DNA of 64,000 nt from Leptonemataceae bacterium (GCA_965227295.1 OZ245742.1:128001-192000); one strand, 5' to 3'; positions 26,732-37,591 are shown, numbered from the stretch's first letter. Numbers and translations are program-made. Notes: generated by a model from the letters alone, not told the origin.

Positions 26732-29613
26732 ACCGAACTAACGTACACCTGCAACAACTCCAATCGCGTACCCACGCGGCTGTCACTCCGAATACGATGC
26801 ACCTTCAGCTCGCGTTCCTGGCGGGCCTTGATTAACTCATTCTCCGTGCGGGTTAGCTGGGCCCGGTTTACCGTCGTCGGTTCCTGCTTGTGACGCAGGC
26901 GGGCCCGGTCCAGTTTTTCTTCGAGCTGGCGAATCTTTTTCCCGTAGCTGATCTCCAGCTTGTACTCTTCTTTCTTAAAGACGCTGTGCAGATTGCCCAT
27001 AAGATCGTCGGCCCGGCGGGCGGCTTCTTTTTCCAGGGCGCCGAGGGCCGTCTTCGCCGCCTGTTCCAGGGCGCGACGATCCAGCATGCCGGGACCGCTG
27101 TGCGTGAACGCCGCGCTCTCTACGCGACGATCGTTCGCGGAACCGGCGGGGATCAGGATGTCGTCCGGTATCGTGACGTGACCGCGCTCGTCCACCAGGC
27201 AGGAAAGCAGTTCGGCCCGGGACATGCCGTTCAGAAAGTAACACACGAATACGAAGTAGTGCCCACGCCAGCCCGGGGAAACCAGGCGCTGCACGCTCCG
27301 CCGCCGCGGATGCTCCAGGAAAAAACGGAGGGCCTCGTCCACGAGGGGGTGACCCACCGCCAGGAATTCCAGGTAGTCCTTCTCGAGGGCGAGTTCCGAA
27401 CGAAACGTCGCCGGCCGGGAGCGCGCGTTCTGCGGATCGTTTTCCGGATCATCGCCCAGGTCCCGGAGCACGTAGTCCGCTACGGGGCTTTCGCCGGAAA
27501 ACGCCGGCGCCCCGCGACCGTCGGTTAACTTAGGAGCGGCAGAAGTTAACTCCCAACGCGAGCCGGGGGCTTCTTCCAGGTATTGCAGGACCACGCTTTC
27601 GATCTCAGCGTTTTCAATCTCCCGGCGCTCGCAGGTGTGTTCGTAGTAGTCGCTGAGATCGAAGTCGACGCAGTGCGGCGTCACCAGGTCGCCGAGTTTG
27701 CGGTAGCCGCTCTCGGAGAGCGCGATCTTCGCTTCCAGTTCGTCCTCGAGTTCCTGCTTCGATTTTTTGCCGGTGACGAAGCGCATCAGGGAGCCCTCAA
27801 AGTCCATCTCCGACTCCAGGGTGCCCAGCAGGATGTCCGGCGTCCCGATGGTGTGTTCGAAGAGTTTGATTTTACGCTCCAGGACTTCCAGAATGCGTTC
27901 CGCCACGGTATCCCGGGTGGCGAAGTTGATGATGAAGACGTCTTTGGTCTGCCCGAAGCGGTGCAGGCGACCGATGCGCTGTTCGATCTTGAGCGGGGAC
28001 CAGGGCAGATCGTAATTGATGAGAATGTTCGCGAACTGAAGGTTGCGGCCCTCGCCGCCGGCCTCGGTGCAGATGAGTACCTCGATGTCCTCTTTGAACG
28101 CGCGCACGGCGTCTTCTTTCTCGTTGATGTTCAACGAACCGTGAAAGACGGCCACGGAGAACTTTTTGCGCAGCTCGTCGGCGATGTAGTCCTGGGTCGT
28201 GCGGAACTGGGTGAAGATCAAAAACTTCGGATGCCCTTCTTTCTTCAGGCGCTCCATGGTTTCGATCATTTTGATGAGCTTGCGGTCGTGTTTCACCGCG
28301 CGGCCGAGCTTGATCAAGAAACCCAGGGTCATCACTTCTTTGCGCAGATCTTTGAGCGTGCGCACCTGTTCGTCTTCGTCCGCGAAATCGATGCCGCTGT
28401 TCTCGATGTCTTCGATGGGATCCTCGCTGTCTTCGATTTGGTCCAGCAAAGATTCGAAGCGCGCGCCGCCTTTACTTTCGGCGAGCATGGCCCGCGAAGC
28501 CGGACCGAACAGCTTTTGTTCTAAGTGATTCTTGCGGCGTTCTAAGGCGCGCAGCAAGGCCCGGGTCGAGGAGTCCAGAAGTTTCTGGAAGACGATCATG
28601 ATGAACGTCACCGCACGATTTTTTTCGCGCATGGCCAGGTTGTACTCCCGGCGCACGTAGTCGGTGGTCTCGTCGTAGAACGCGCGCTCCTCCGGCGAAA
28701 GTTCGAAGCGCACGGTGCGGGCGTGGCGTTTCGTAAAGCCGCCGACTTCCACTTTGCGGCGGCGCAGCAACACCCGGCTGATCTTCTGCTTCAATTCACC
28801 CAGGCGCCGGCGACCGGCCTCGTCCTCGCCGTCGACGTTCATGATGTACTCTTGTAGAAAGGATTGGTGCGGCCCCAGTAAGTGCGGATCGACCAATCTT
28901 ACTAAATAGTAGAGTTCTTCGAGCTTGCCGCGAAAGGGCGTCGCCGTGAGCAACAGCATGGCCTCGCAGCGGGACGCAAGCTTTTCGGCGAAGGCGTAAG
29001 CGTGGGTGACTTTGGAGTAATCGCGCCGCAGTCGATGGGCCTCGTCGAAGACGACGACGTCCCACTTGTTCTTGAGGATGTCCGCGGAGTACTTCGGGTT
29101 CTTGACGAAATCGATGGACGTGATGATGCGCGGATGCTTCGACCAGGCCGAGGCCGCCTCGTAGAAGTTCTTACGATTCACGATCGAGAACTCCTCGTTG
29201 AACTTGGAGCGCATCTCCTGCTGCCACTGCACGGTCAGCGGCGCGGGCACGGCCACCAGCACGCGGCGGTAGCCTTTTCTAAACATCAGTTCTTTGAGAA
29301 TTAAGCCGGCCTCGATGGTTTTCCCCAGGCCCACCTCGTCCGCCAGAATAAAACGCGGCCGCAGGGCGTTCGCCACGAGGTGGGTCGCTTCGATCTGGTG
29401 CGGCAGGAGGCGCGTCCGCGAATTCGAGAGCGAGGACAGCTTGTCGTAGAGGTGGCTGAGTTTAATGCGATGCGCATCCAGGACGCCCCGGGCGAACCGG
29501 GCGTCTTCACGAACGACGAGTTCATCGAGGAACAGACCGGCGCCGGGCCGGTTGCGTTCGGGGGCCAGGCCCCCCTGCTCAAACGGCAGCAGACTCTGCT
29601 CGGGATAGCTCAT
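26728..29613 (-). CDS. SNF2-family (RapA/HepA-like) helicase
   Basis: LLPHQ, LADEVGLGKT, VFDEAH, LLTATP, TEAGGEGRNLQ, EQRIGRLHRFGQ; likely start MSYPEQ at 29613. Confidence 0.92.
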   Translation of the reverse strand: MSYPEQSLLPFEQGGLAPERNRPGAGLFLDELVVREDARFARGVLDAHRIKLSHLYDKLSSLSNSRTRLLPHQIEATHLVANALRPRFILADEVGLGKTIEAGLILKELMFRKGYRRVLVAVPAPLTVQWQQEMRSKFNEEFSIVNRKNFYEAASAWSKHPRIITSIDFVKNPKYSADILKNKWDVVVFDEAHRLRRDYSKVTHAYAFAEKLASRCEAMLLLTATPFRGKLEELYYLVRLVDPHLLGPHQSFLQEYIMNVDGEDEAGRRRLGELKQKISRVLLRRRKVEVGGFTKRHARTVRFELSPEERAFYDETTDYVRREYNLAMREKNRAVTFIMIVFQKLLDSSTRALLRALERRKNHLEQKLFGPASRAMLAESKGGARFESLLDQIEDSEDPIEDIENSGIDFADEDEQVRTLKDLRKEVMTLGFLIKLGRAVKHDRKLIKMIETMERLKKEGHPKFLIFTQFRTTQDYIADELRKKFSVAVFHGSLNINEKEDAVRAFKEDIEVLICTEAGGEGRNLQFANILINYDLPWSPLKIEQRIGRLHRFGQTKDVFIINFATRDTVAERILEVLERKIKLFEHTIGTPDILLGTLESEMDFEGSLMRFVTGKKSKQELEDELEAKIALSESGYRKLGDLVTPHCVDFDLSDYYEHTCERREIENAEIESVVLQYLEEAPGSRWELTSAAPKLTDGRGAPAFSGESPVADYVLRDLGDDPENDPQNARSRPATFRSELALEKDYLEFLAVGHPLVDEALRFFLEHPRRRSVQRLVSPGWRGHYFVFVCYFLNGMSRAELLSCLVDERGHVTIPDDILIPAGSANDRRVESAAFTHSGPGMLDRRALEQAAKTALGALEKEAARRADDLMGNLHSVFKKEEYKLEISYGKKIRQLEEKLDRARLRHKQEPTTVNRAQLTRTENELIKARQERELKVHRIRSDSRVGTRLELLQVYVSSV

Positions 29614-29784
29614 AAACAGCAGCGACAATGGACACCCAACCCGGGCCTCCTGGCAAGTGGAATTATGTCGCATATTGGATGCGCATCCCTGGCGCAAGAG
29701 CCGTGAACGATACTTTTTCTGTTTTCCCGGAAACACCACCGTGTATCTGTGCACTCAGTGTCGGAGTTCCTACACATCGCCCGG

Positions 29785-30840
29785 ATGACCGCCTGGGCCG
29801 CCCTGATCGTGCTCTGCATCGCCTGCCGCGCCCAGGTCCGCAACGGCGACCGGATCCAGGCCGATCCGTACCTCGAGTACTCCGCCGAACTCCGGGCCCT
29901 GGTGCCCATGGAAACGCCCGATCCGAACGATCGCATCACCGGCATCGGCGAGACGGATTCCGGCGCATCCGCGGAGTCAGCTGAGGCCGCGGAACCTCCA
30001 ACCTACGACCCGGACCCGGAGCGGGTTCTCGAGGCCCTGAGCGGGGCCGGGAACGTCGCGGCCCGAAACGATCGGGGCGTGGCCCGGGCAAAGCTGCTGG
30101 ACCTGGACCTGGCCGAGGCCGAGTTCCGCGACGCCATGCGGGGCGGCGGCGGGAACGTCCTCCCGTTCACGAATCTCGCGCGGCTCTACGTCCTGGTGGG
30201 CGAGGACGAGCGGGCGCGTAACGTCTACGGCGATTTGACGGCCACCGATGCCGTCGCCGCCGACGCCCTCTACGAGCGGGCCCTCGCCTACGAACGGCAA
30301 CGCCGCTTCACCGAGGCGACCCTTATTATGGAAGCTCTCGTCAATCGGAAGCTGCGCACGATCGACAGCGCGCTGTGGCTGGCCGCCGCGGCCATGCGGG
30401 CGAACGACTTCGGCCGTGCCCGGAACTACTACGACGCCGTGCTCGCCTTGGATGCAAAGAACCCGCACGGGCTCTTCGGCCGTGGTTACATCAGCTACCT
30501 GGCGCAGGATTACGAGGATGCCATGCTCTTTCTCGGTCTGGCCCGGGACAACGGATCCCGGGAACCGCAGCTCCCGTACTACCTCACCCACGCGCTGTTC
30601 CAGGAGAAGGAGTATGATCGGGCGCTGGCCGTGGCCCGCAGCACGCAGAATCCGTCCATCGAACTGATCGCCCTGCACGGCCGGGTGCGGCTCATCCTGG
30701 ACTACCGCGACGATCTGAGCGACCTGCTCCGGCAGGTTTCGGACGAAAAAGATCGGGCCATGCTGCGCCGGGCCTGGTTCGGCGACGAAGATCTGCGATC
30801 CCTCCCGGAGCTGCGCAGAGAATTCGAATACCTGTACTGA
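29785..30840 (+). CDS. TPR-repeat lipoprotein
   Basis: Lipobox-like LCIAC; TPR-like helices (ARNYYDAVLALDAKNPHGLFGRG). Confidence 0.75.
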   Translation: MTAWAALIVLCIACRAQVRNGDRIQADPYLEYSAELRALVPMETPDPNDRITGIGETDSGASAESAEAAEPPTYDPDPERVLEALSGAGNVAARNDRGVARAKLLDLDLAEAEFRDAMRGGGGNVLPFTNLARLYVLVGEDERARNVYGDLTATDAVAADALYERALAYERQRRFTEATLIMEALVNRKLRTIDSALWLAAAAMRANDFGRARNYYDAVLALDAKNPHGLFGRGYISYLAQDYEDAMLFLGLARDNGSREPQLPYYLTHALFQEKEYDRALAVARSTQNPSIELIALHGRVRLILDYRDDLSDLLRQVSDEKDRAMLRRAWFGDEDLRSLPELRREFEYLY

Positions 30841-30916
30841 TCCGGCGGCTTTCGCTGAATCTTGCTTCCGGAAAATGTCTTGATCCGTATGTCCGGCCGG
30901 GCGCATCTCTGTCCTG

Positions 30917-32158
30917 ATGCCTGCTTCCTCGCTTCGTCCAGTAACGTTTACCGCCCTGTTCTTTGTCTTTGTCGCCGCCGCGGCCTGCGGCCCCGCCGAA
31001 CCCTCAAAGGGTACCGGTGTCACGGTGGATCCGCTGAATCCGCCGGCGCGGAGCTACTGGCCCACCCGGACGTGGCAGTCCGTTCCGCCCGCGGCCGCCG
31101 GCCTCGATCCGGAAAAGTTCCAGAAGGCCGTAGATTACGCCATGACCAACACGGCCGTGACGACGGGCACCCCCGAAGAGCAGGCCGAAGCCAAAGAGAA
31201 GCGCCGCGGCATTCGCACGGACGGCCTGGTCATCGTGCGCAACGGCAAGATCGTCGGCGAGGCCTACGGCCGCGGCTACACCGAGGACACGCCCCATCTC
31301 AGTTGGTCCGTGGCGAAGAGTTTCACCCAGGCGCTCATCGGCACCGCGGTCCGGGACGGCATTCTGGATCTCGACGGCTTCGCGCATACCTACTACCCCG
31401 CGCTGGATAAGTCCGACCGCCGCGACATGCGCGTGCGCCATTTGTTGAACATGTCCAGCGGATTGTTCTGGGCCGAGGACTACGAGTACGCCCCGCTCAA
31501 ATCCGACGTCGTCGCCATGCTCTACACCCGCGGCCAGGACGACATGCCGGCCTTCGTCGCCGACCGCGCGATGCGCGCCGAACCGGGCACGTTCGTCTTC
31601 TATTCCAGCGGCGACACGAATCTACTGCACGGCATTCTCCGCGGCGCCCTGAACGACGACGAACGCTACACAAACTATCCCTGGCAGGAACTCTTCGATG
31701 TCCTCGGCATGCAGAGCGCCGTGTGGGAACGCGATCCCGCCGGCAACTACGTCGGTTCCTCGTATGTCTACGCCACGCCCCGGGATCTCGCTAAGTTTGG
31801 TTTTCTGTACCTTAACGACGGGACCTGGGACGGCAAACGTCTGCTGCCGGAAGGCTGGGTGGACCTGGCGCGCACACCGGCCCCGGGCTACGCGGTCACC
31901 GAACTCCACAAGGACAACCGTAAGTACCTCTACACCGCGCAGTGGTACGCGAACACGGGCATCCCTACCCGCGAAATCCCGCCGCCCTGGCCCGACGCCC
32001 CGCGGGATACCTTCGCCGCCCTCGGACACTGGGGCCAGAAGATCTTCGTCATTCCCTCGCTGGACCTGGTGATCGTCCGCACCGGCGACGATCGCGAATC
32101 CGGCGTCTTCGATAACAACAAATTCCTGCGGCTGCTCAAAGAGAGCGTCGTCGAGTAA
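30917..32158 (+). CDS. Serine hydrolase lipoprotein, beta-lactamase class C/AmpC family
   Basis: SVAK (SxxK), LLNMSSG, YSS, GHWGQ; lipobox AAAC. Confidence 0.9.
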   Translation: MPASSLRPVTFTALFFVFVAAAACGPAEPSKGTGVTVDPLNPPARSYWPTRTWQSVPPAAAGLDPEKFQKAVDYAMTNTAVTTGTPEEQAEAKEKRRGIRTDGLVIVRNGKIVGEAYGRGYTEDTPHLSWSVAKSFTQALIGTAVRDGILDLDGFAHTYYPALDKSDRRDMRVRHLLNMSSGLFWAEDYEYAPLKSDVVAMLYTRGQDDMPAFVADRAMRAEPGTFVFYSSGDTNLLHGILRGALNDDERYTNYPWQELFDVLGMQSAVWERDPAGNYVGSSYVYATPRDLAKFGFLYLNDGTWDGKRLLPEGWVDLARTPAPGYAVTELHKDNRKYLYTAQWYANTGIPTREIPPPWPDAPRDTFAALGHWGQKIFVIPSLDLVIVRTGDDRESGVFDNNKFLRLLKESVVE

Positions 32159-32180
32159 CGAACAGGAGGCCGCAGCTATT

Positions 32181-32498
32181 ATGAAGAAAATCATCATCAC
32201 CGTTCTCGCCATCGTCGCAATCCTGGGCACCATGTGGGCCGCCGCCAACTCGCATCACCTGGCCGCGTTCCCGTCGATCCTGCCGTCTTACTACGCGAAA
32301 GAGTTTTGCTCGTGTCACTTCGTCCTCGGCCGGGACGAGGAGTTCTGTCACCGACTCGCGCGGCAATGGTTGCCGGAGAAAGAGTTTCAGCTCGACAAAG
32401 AGAAAGGCCTGGTCGTCGTAAGCGCGGTCTTTTTAGGATTCGAGCGACAGCACCAGGCGAAGTACATCGGCAAGCGCTACGGCTGCGTCCTGGAGTGA
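32181..32498 (+). CDS. Small membrane-anchored protein associated with the serine hydrolase
   Basis: GGAGG RBS; N-terminal TM; YYAKEFCSCHFVLGR and C-terminal RYGCVL Cys motifs. Confidence 0.75.
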   Translation: MKKIIITVLAIVAILGTMWAAANSHHLAAFPSILPSYYAKEFCSCHFVLGRDEEFCHRLARQWLPEKEFQLDKEKGLVVVSAVFLGFERQHQAKYIGKRYGCVLE

Positions 32499-32501
32499 AT
32501 C

Positions 32502-33194
32502 ATGTGCGGAAGATTCGCCCTCGCCGCCTCCCCCGACAGCATCGCCGCACAGTTTGAACTGCCCCTCGACCTGCCGCTGTTCCGGCACTACGCGCCCCGT
32601 TACAACATCGCGCCGACGCAACCGGTGGCGGCGGTGCGCATCAGTACGGCCGGGGAGCGCGAGATCGTGCCGCTTAAGTGGGGATTGATCCCGCACTGGG
32701 CCAAAGACCCGTCCATCGGCAATCGCATGATCAACGCGCGCGGCGAGACCGTAGCGGAGAAGCCGTCGTTTCGCAACTCGTTCAAGCGGCGCCGCTGCAT
32801 CATTCCCGCGAGCGGCTTCTTTGAATGGAAGAAGTCCGCGGACGATCCGAAGGTCAAGCAACCGTTCTTCATTCACGCCGAGGACGGCGCGCTCTTCGGT
32901 TTCGCGGGGTTGTGGGAACACTGGATGTCCAAAGAAGACGGCAGCGAACTGGAAAGCTGTGCCATCATCACCACCGCGGCCAACGCCTTCATGGCGCCGG
33001 TGCACGATCGGATGCCGGTCATCCTGCATCCGCGAGACTACGCGGACTGGCTGAATCCACGCCTGGAAACGGAGCCGAAACGTTTGCACAAACTCATTGC
33101 GCAGTACCCCGGCGACCGCATGGCCAAACACGCCGTGGATCGCCTTGTCAACTCGCCGAAGAACGACCGCCCCGAATGCGTGCAGGCGGTGTAG
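32502..33194 (+). CDS. yedK: SRAP/YedK (HMCES-like) abasic-site protecting protein
   Basis: N-terminal MCGRF; RYNIAPTQ, INARGET, GFFEW, HDRMPVIL. Confidence 0.93.
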   Translation: MCGRFALAASPDSIAAQFELPLDLPLFRHYAPRYNIAPTQPVAAVRISTAGEREIVPLKWGLIPHWAKDPSIGNRMINARGETVAEKPSFRNSFKRRRCIIPASGFFEWKKSADDPKVKQPFFIHAEDGALFGFAGLWEHWMSKEDGSELESCAIITTAANAFMAPVHDRMPVILHPRDYADWLNPRLETEPKRLHKLIAQYPGDRMAKHAVDRLVNSPKNDRPECVQAV

Positions 33195-33878
33195 ATGGAT
33201 TACGCCCGGCCACCGAAACACCTGCGCCAGGGAAAGAAAGGCGAACCGGAACCGCAGCGCAGGTTCCCGGGGAAAGATACGGCACCGTCCGGGCGCAAAC
33301 CGGGCTGGCTCGCGGCCATCGGCGAAAACCTTGCCCCGGACGGGCCGCCGCGTTTGCGTCTGCGACACGTCGGCATCATCCTGCTAACTGCGATTGTCCT
33401 GTACTTAGCCGGCGACTACTACTGGCGCGAAATGCGCTGGCGCTACATCGTCATTCATCACACGGCCTCGGACATCGGCGACATGGAGTTCTACAAGCGC
33501 TTCCACGTCGAAGAGCGGGGCTGGTCGAACATCGCGTATCACTTCATCATCAACAACGGCTGGAAGGACACAACGGTGGGCCAGGTCGAAGAGAGCGAGC
33601 TGTGGAAGGAACGCCGCGCGAATCTCTCGACGCGCCAGTGGTATGCCAACTACTTCGGCATCGCCGTGGTGATGGTGGGGAATATCGAAGCACACCCGCC
33701 GCCGCCGTTGCAGAAAGAAGCGCTCGTGACGTTGCTCACGAACCTATCGCGGGACTACGGCATCCCGCCGGAGCGCATCATCGGTCATCGCGAGATTCAG
33801 AACACGGCGTGCCCGGGGAAACATCTGAACATGGTGGAGATTCGCAAGCTGGTGGCGGAGAACTTGAAGGAGCGGTGA
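33195..33878 (+). CDS. N-acetylmuramoyl-L-alanine amidase (Amidase_2/PGRP-like)
   Basis: IVIHHTA, RGWSNIAYHFII, IIGHREIQNTACPG; one TM anchor. Confidence 0.88.
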   Translation: MDYARPPKHLRQGKKGEPEPQRRFPGKDTAPSGRKPGWLAAIGENLAPDGPPRLRLRHVGIILLTAIVLYLAGDYYWREMRWRYIVIHHTASDIGDMEFYKRFHVEERGWSNIAYHFIINNGWKDTTVGQVEESELWKERRANLSTRQWYANYFGIAVVMVGNIEAHPPPPLQKEALVTLLTNLSRDYGIPPERIIGHREIQNTACPGKHLNMVEIRKLVAENLKER

Positions 33879-34038
33879 ATCGCGGCTGAGGCGGATCGTG
33901 GTGTAAGTGACGGTCAACGTATGCCAGGAAGAATATGGTCACGGCTGGTTCCAGCAGATGAACGGAGGTCATGCCGGGGGACGTGGTAAGGCGCACCGGA
34001 ACGGCGTCTTCGTTGCGAAATACGTTACGGTAACTGCA

Positions 34039-34902
34039 TCACAAACCGACGCCCGGGTCGAGGCGTTTGCGGACCATCGCACGAATGCGATCCCACAACG
34101 GATGCAACGTCACCGGTTGCGCTTCAGCCAGTTCAAAGAACGTACTCAACATCGCCGAAGCCCGCGCCATGTGCGTACCGCGCAGCTTGCCGGAGTCGCG
34201 CGCTTCCAGCAGGCGCTGTTCATTTTCCTGAAACTTCTCCGGAACCATGACCTGCTCTCGCCGCAACATCGCCGCCGATAACAACGCCATGCTGGTAAGT
34301 TCCCGCCGCATGAGTTGCGCGCCGTACTTCGAATAAACCGCGCGATCCAGCACGACCACGTCGTCCGCCGGCACCGAAAGTTCCTTCGCCTCGACAATGA
34401 AGTGCGACATGTCCGACTCCGCCGTACGTTCCAGGGTGAGCCCGTCTTCCGTACGCGGCGTCCAGGTCTGCGCATCGTCACCGTCCTTGCGCCGCACGAA
34501 CGCCAGGGCCACGGAACCATCCAGCGCGCGGCCGTCTTCCCCATGCGGCATGCCCAGCACAATCAGGGCGTCGCAATCCATGACGTAGGTTTTACGGAAC
34601 GTAAGTTTGTACGATTCCCCGCCGCGCACGCAGCGGGCCCGCAGGTTTTCCAGACGCCCCTTCCAGTTCTCCTCGGCGGCGCCGAACATCAAACGCTCCG
34701 GTTGTTTCAGCAAAGCCGCATAACGATCCGGCCACAGGTTTCGCAGCAAGAACACCGGCACGTTGAACATCACCATGGCCGGAAAGACGTCGCCGACCAG
34801 GCCGGTCTGTTCCAGGCGACGCTGCAACGCACGCTGGTAATCGCCCTCGTTGGCTTCCAGCCATTCGCGGGACGGGGGATAGCTGATACTGTGGAAGATC
34901 AT
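34039..34902 (-). CDS. Hypothetical protein (possibly degenerate acyl-CoA dehydrogenase-like)
   Basis: 287-aa ORF directly downstream of dapF; only weak resemblance. Confidence 0.55.
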   Translation of the reverse strand: MIFHSISYPPSREWLEANEGDYQRALQRRLEQTGLVGDVFPAMVMFNVPVFLLRNLWPDRYAALLKQPERLMFGAAEENWKGRLENLRARCVRGGESYKLTFRKTYVMDCDALIVLGMPHGEDGRALDGSVALAFVRRKDGDDAQTWTPRTEDGLTLERTAESDMSHFIVEAKELSVPADDVVVLDRAVYSKYGAQLMRRELTSMALLSAAMLRREQVMVPEKFQENEQRLLEARDSGKLRGTHMARASAMLSTFFELAEAQPVTLHPLWDRIRAMVRKRLDPGVGL

Positions 34903-34903
34903 A

Positions 34904-35842
34904 TTAAAGCGTGCCCGTAAACGCCACGCGCGCAGGCCCGCGCATCTTCACGCCGCCGGGATTCGCGACGTCGCCGTTCCACTCCAGCTCCAGTACGCCG
35001 CCGCGCACGCGAATCTTGCCGCGACGTTCGGCACGGCCGGTCAACACCGCGGCGACGTGTACCGCGCACGCCCCGCTGCCGCACGACAGCGTCTCGCCGC
35101 TGCCGCGTTCGAACGTGCGCTGATAGAGTCCGGGCAATTCCGGATCCGGCGAAACGAACTCCACGTTCGTACGCTCCGGAAACGCCGGATGATGTTCCAG
35201 CAACGGACCCAACAGCTCCACCGGCTCCCGGTCCGCGTCATCCACGAACAGGACCAGGTGCGGATTGCCCATCGAGACCACGACGCCGCGAACTTCGAGG
35301 TCGTTGCTGCCGTGATCGCGCAGCGCCGTCGGTACTTCGAGCTGTAGCGGCACGTCGATGAGCGGGCCGTCGGCGGAATGACCGTTGCCTTTGAAAGGAA
35401 TGCGTTCGGCCGCGAAGATGGGCGGGCCCACGTCGATCTCGAAGACACCGGAACGCGACGACTCGTCGAACTCCAACACGCGCGCGCGATGCGAACCGGC
35501 CCCGCTTTCCAGAACAAACTCGGTTTCGCCGCTGCGCCGGTGAACGTGCAGGGCAATGCAGCGCAGGGCGTTCCCGCACATCGCCGAGCTGCTACCGTCG
35601 GCGTTCCACATGAGCATGCGAGCCCGGGCCTCGGGGGATTGCGGCGGCGCGATAAGCACGACACCGTCCCCGCCCACGCCGGTTCGCCGGTCCGAGATGC
35701 GGCGGATCGTTTCCGTGTTCGGCACGGGCACCGCGTCGGCCGGAAAATCCAGGGCGTCGAAGAAGACGTAATCGTTGGCCGTGCCCTCCATCTTCACGAA
35801 GCCCGGCAACGCGCGCAGGAAGTCTGTATCGGAAAATTTCAT
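34904..35842 (-). CDS. dapF: Diaminopimelate epimerase
   Basis: KMEGTANDY, GVGGDG, NADGSSSAMCGNALRC, SMGNPH, ERGSGETLSCGSGAC. Confidence 0.95.
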   Translation of the reverse strand: MKFSDTDFLRALPGFVKMEGTANDYVFFDALDFPADAVPVPNTETIRRISDRRTGVGGDGVVLIAPPQSPEARARMLMWNADGSSSAMCGNALRCIALHVHRRSGETEFVLESGAGSHRARVLEFDESSRSGVFEIDVGPPIFAAERIPFKGNGHSADGPLIDVPLQLEVPTALRDHGSNDLEVRGVVVSMGNPHLVLFVDDADREPVELLGPLLEHHPAFPERTNVEFVSPDPELPGLYQRTFERGSGETLSCGSGACAVHVAAVLTGRAERRGKIRVRGGVLELEWNGDVANPGGVKMRGPARVAFTGTL

Positions 35843-35979
35843 ATGATGTTACGATTATGAACCCGGCATATGCCCCGGCCGGATTATGTTCCCCAACGGC
35901 GCAAAAAAACGGAAAGATCTTACAAAATCATCAAAAAAGAGCGGAACGATTTTACGATTCTTCTCCCTGTATCCTGCCA

Positions 35980-36804
35980 ATGTCGCTCCCTGGAAAGAAT
36001 CAGACGCCGCAGCAACGGGACGAGTTACGCCACCTTCCCGAGCAGTACTGGCGCGACGGCGATCTGGGACGCTTTATGGAAGAAGCCTCCCCGCTGATTC
36101 TCTCTTATTGTCGTCGCCGGTTGAGCCGGGACCCGGACCTCATCGGCGACTTCTACGTGCATTTCTACGAGCGAGCCCCCACGTGCCTGGAAAAATTCCG
36201 CGCCCGGGTCGATCGCCAGACCTTCACCGGATATCTCTGCACCTACGTGCGCCACGAATTTTTTAACTATCTCCGGGCCCGGCGCCAGCACAGCGTCGAC
36301 GAGTTTTCGGCACCGGAGATCTTCGGCCTGGCCGGGGCGGCCAAACCGCAGGCCTCCCATTCCTCGCTCAGCGCCCGCCTCTATGACAGCATCGATGAAC
36401 TGCCCCTGGAGTCCAGGCTCCCGCTGAAGCTGTACTATGGCGTCGAACCGAGCCTGGAAGAACTGCGCGCCCTCGTGGAGACATCCGGCTCCGCGTCCCG
36501 GGCGGCGGAGTTGCTGGATCGCATGCGCCGTCGTCGCCGGCACATCGGACACCAACTGCAGCGCTGCCGGGATCGCATCGCCTACCTCAGCCGCATGATC
36601 CACCGCAGCCCGGCCGATCATCCGCGTCAGCACAACTGGAAGCGCTGGAAGGATCGCCTCCACGAAAGCCTGGAACGGGAACGACCGGTACTGAGCCTGG
36701 CGGAGATCGGCGATCTGATGCAGATCAGCAAGTCCACGGCCCTGCGACGCATTCGACGCTGCGGTCGCTCGCTGCGCAATCGGCCGGACCTTGCCGGAAT
36801 TTGA
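35980..36804 (+). CDS. Sigma-70/ECF-like RNA polymerase sigma factor
   Basis: Region-2-like FTGYLCTYVRHEFFNYLR; region-4 HTH SLAEIGDLMQISKSTALRRIRR. Confidence 0.7.
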   Translation: MSLPGKNQTPQQRDELRHLPEQYWRDGDLGRFMEEASPLILSYCRRRLSRDPDLIGDFYVHFYERAPTCLEKFRARVDRQTFTGYLCTYVRHEFFNYLRARRQHSVDEFSAPEIFGLAGAAKPQASHSSLSARLYDSIDELPLESRLPLKLYYGVEPSLEELRALVETSGSASRAAELLDRMRRRRRHIGHQLQRCRDRIAYLSRMIHRSPADHPRQHNWKRWKDRLHESLERERPVLSLAEIGDLMQISKSTALRRIRRCGRSLRNRPDLAGI

Positions 36805-37229
36805 AGACCCTTCTAACGATTCTTGAACAAAGGAAACGCACTATGTCACTTACTGTAGAAGATCCCGTCGCATTTGTATACTCCCGCTCCCGGGGACGTC
36901 TGACGCTGCCCCCGGGCCGATTCGAACGGTGTTTCCGGCCGGCCTTTCGATCGTCCGGTACCGGAGTCATACACTCGGACATCGTTCCGCTGGGAACGGC
37001 CTATGCCTTGCTTGAACTGCGCGGTGATGACACGTCCATGCGGCTGCAAGTCGAGGGCGGGGGCAAAAACGCCGAGCGGATTAGTATTTCGCTTTACACA
37101 AACGGGGATCTGTTAGAAAAATCGTTTCTCGGTGCCCGACGCAGTTGGGACCTCGGTTCCTTCCAGCCAGGCTCCTACCGCCTCGAATGCAATAACGTCA
37201 CCGCATTATCTTTTCAGATTCAGGAATGA
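36801..37229 (+). CDS. Hypothetical protein coupled to the sigma factor and STAS genes
   Basis: 4-nt overlaps with both neighbours; beta-rich C-terminus. Confidence 0.6.
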   Translation: MKTLLTILEQRKRTMSLTVEDPVAFVYSRSRGRLTLPPGRFERCFRPAFRSSGTGVIHSDIVPLGTAYALLELRGDDTSMRLQVEGGGKNAERISISLYTNGDLLEKSFLGARRSWDLGSFQPGSYRLECNNVTALSFQIQE

Positions 37230-37567
37230 AAGTGAAAGTCGTAACGAAAGGCGAAGTCAACATAGTAAGGATTGAAGGCGCCATCAAGTCCGGCGACGAA
37301 TACAATCTCGCCGAAAAAATGGAGAAGTACATCAAGCCCGGCCAGGCTCCCAAGTTCATCATCGACATGAAGAAAGTCCCCTTCGTCAACTCGGCGGCTC
37401 TCGGGGTCTTTCTGAACATCTACAAACACGTCGACAATCTCAAAGGCCGCATGGTCTTCGCCGGCCTCAATGCCGACGTCGAGAACCTCATGGAAATTAC
37501 GAAGCTCTCCTCGATCTTCGAAATCTTCCGCACGGTGGACGAAGCTCTGGAAAGCTACGATTTCTAA
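37226..37567 (+). CDS. STAS-domain anti-sigma-factor antagonist
   Basis: IIDMKKVPFVNSAALGV, ITKLSSIFEIF. Confidence 0.92.
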   Translation: MKVKVVTKGEVNIVRIEGAIKSGDEYNLAEKMEKYIKPGQAPKFIIDMKKVPFVNSAALGVFLNIYKHVDNLKGRMVFAGLNADVENLMEITKLSSIFEIFRTVDEALESYDF

Positions 37568-37591
37568 GCAGATCGAGTACTTCTTACGGCT

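Noticed and set aside
26728-29613. SNF2 helicase as part of an anti-phage system (DISARM/Zorya/BREX-like)
   Set aside because: No methylase, nuclease, DUF1998 or other defence partner is adjacent; it looks like a stand-alone RapA-like gene
33879-34038. Possible ncRNA or gene remnant between convergent genes
   Set aside because: No convincing hairpin, RNA-family motif or protein similarity recognisable by eye
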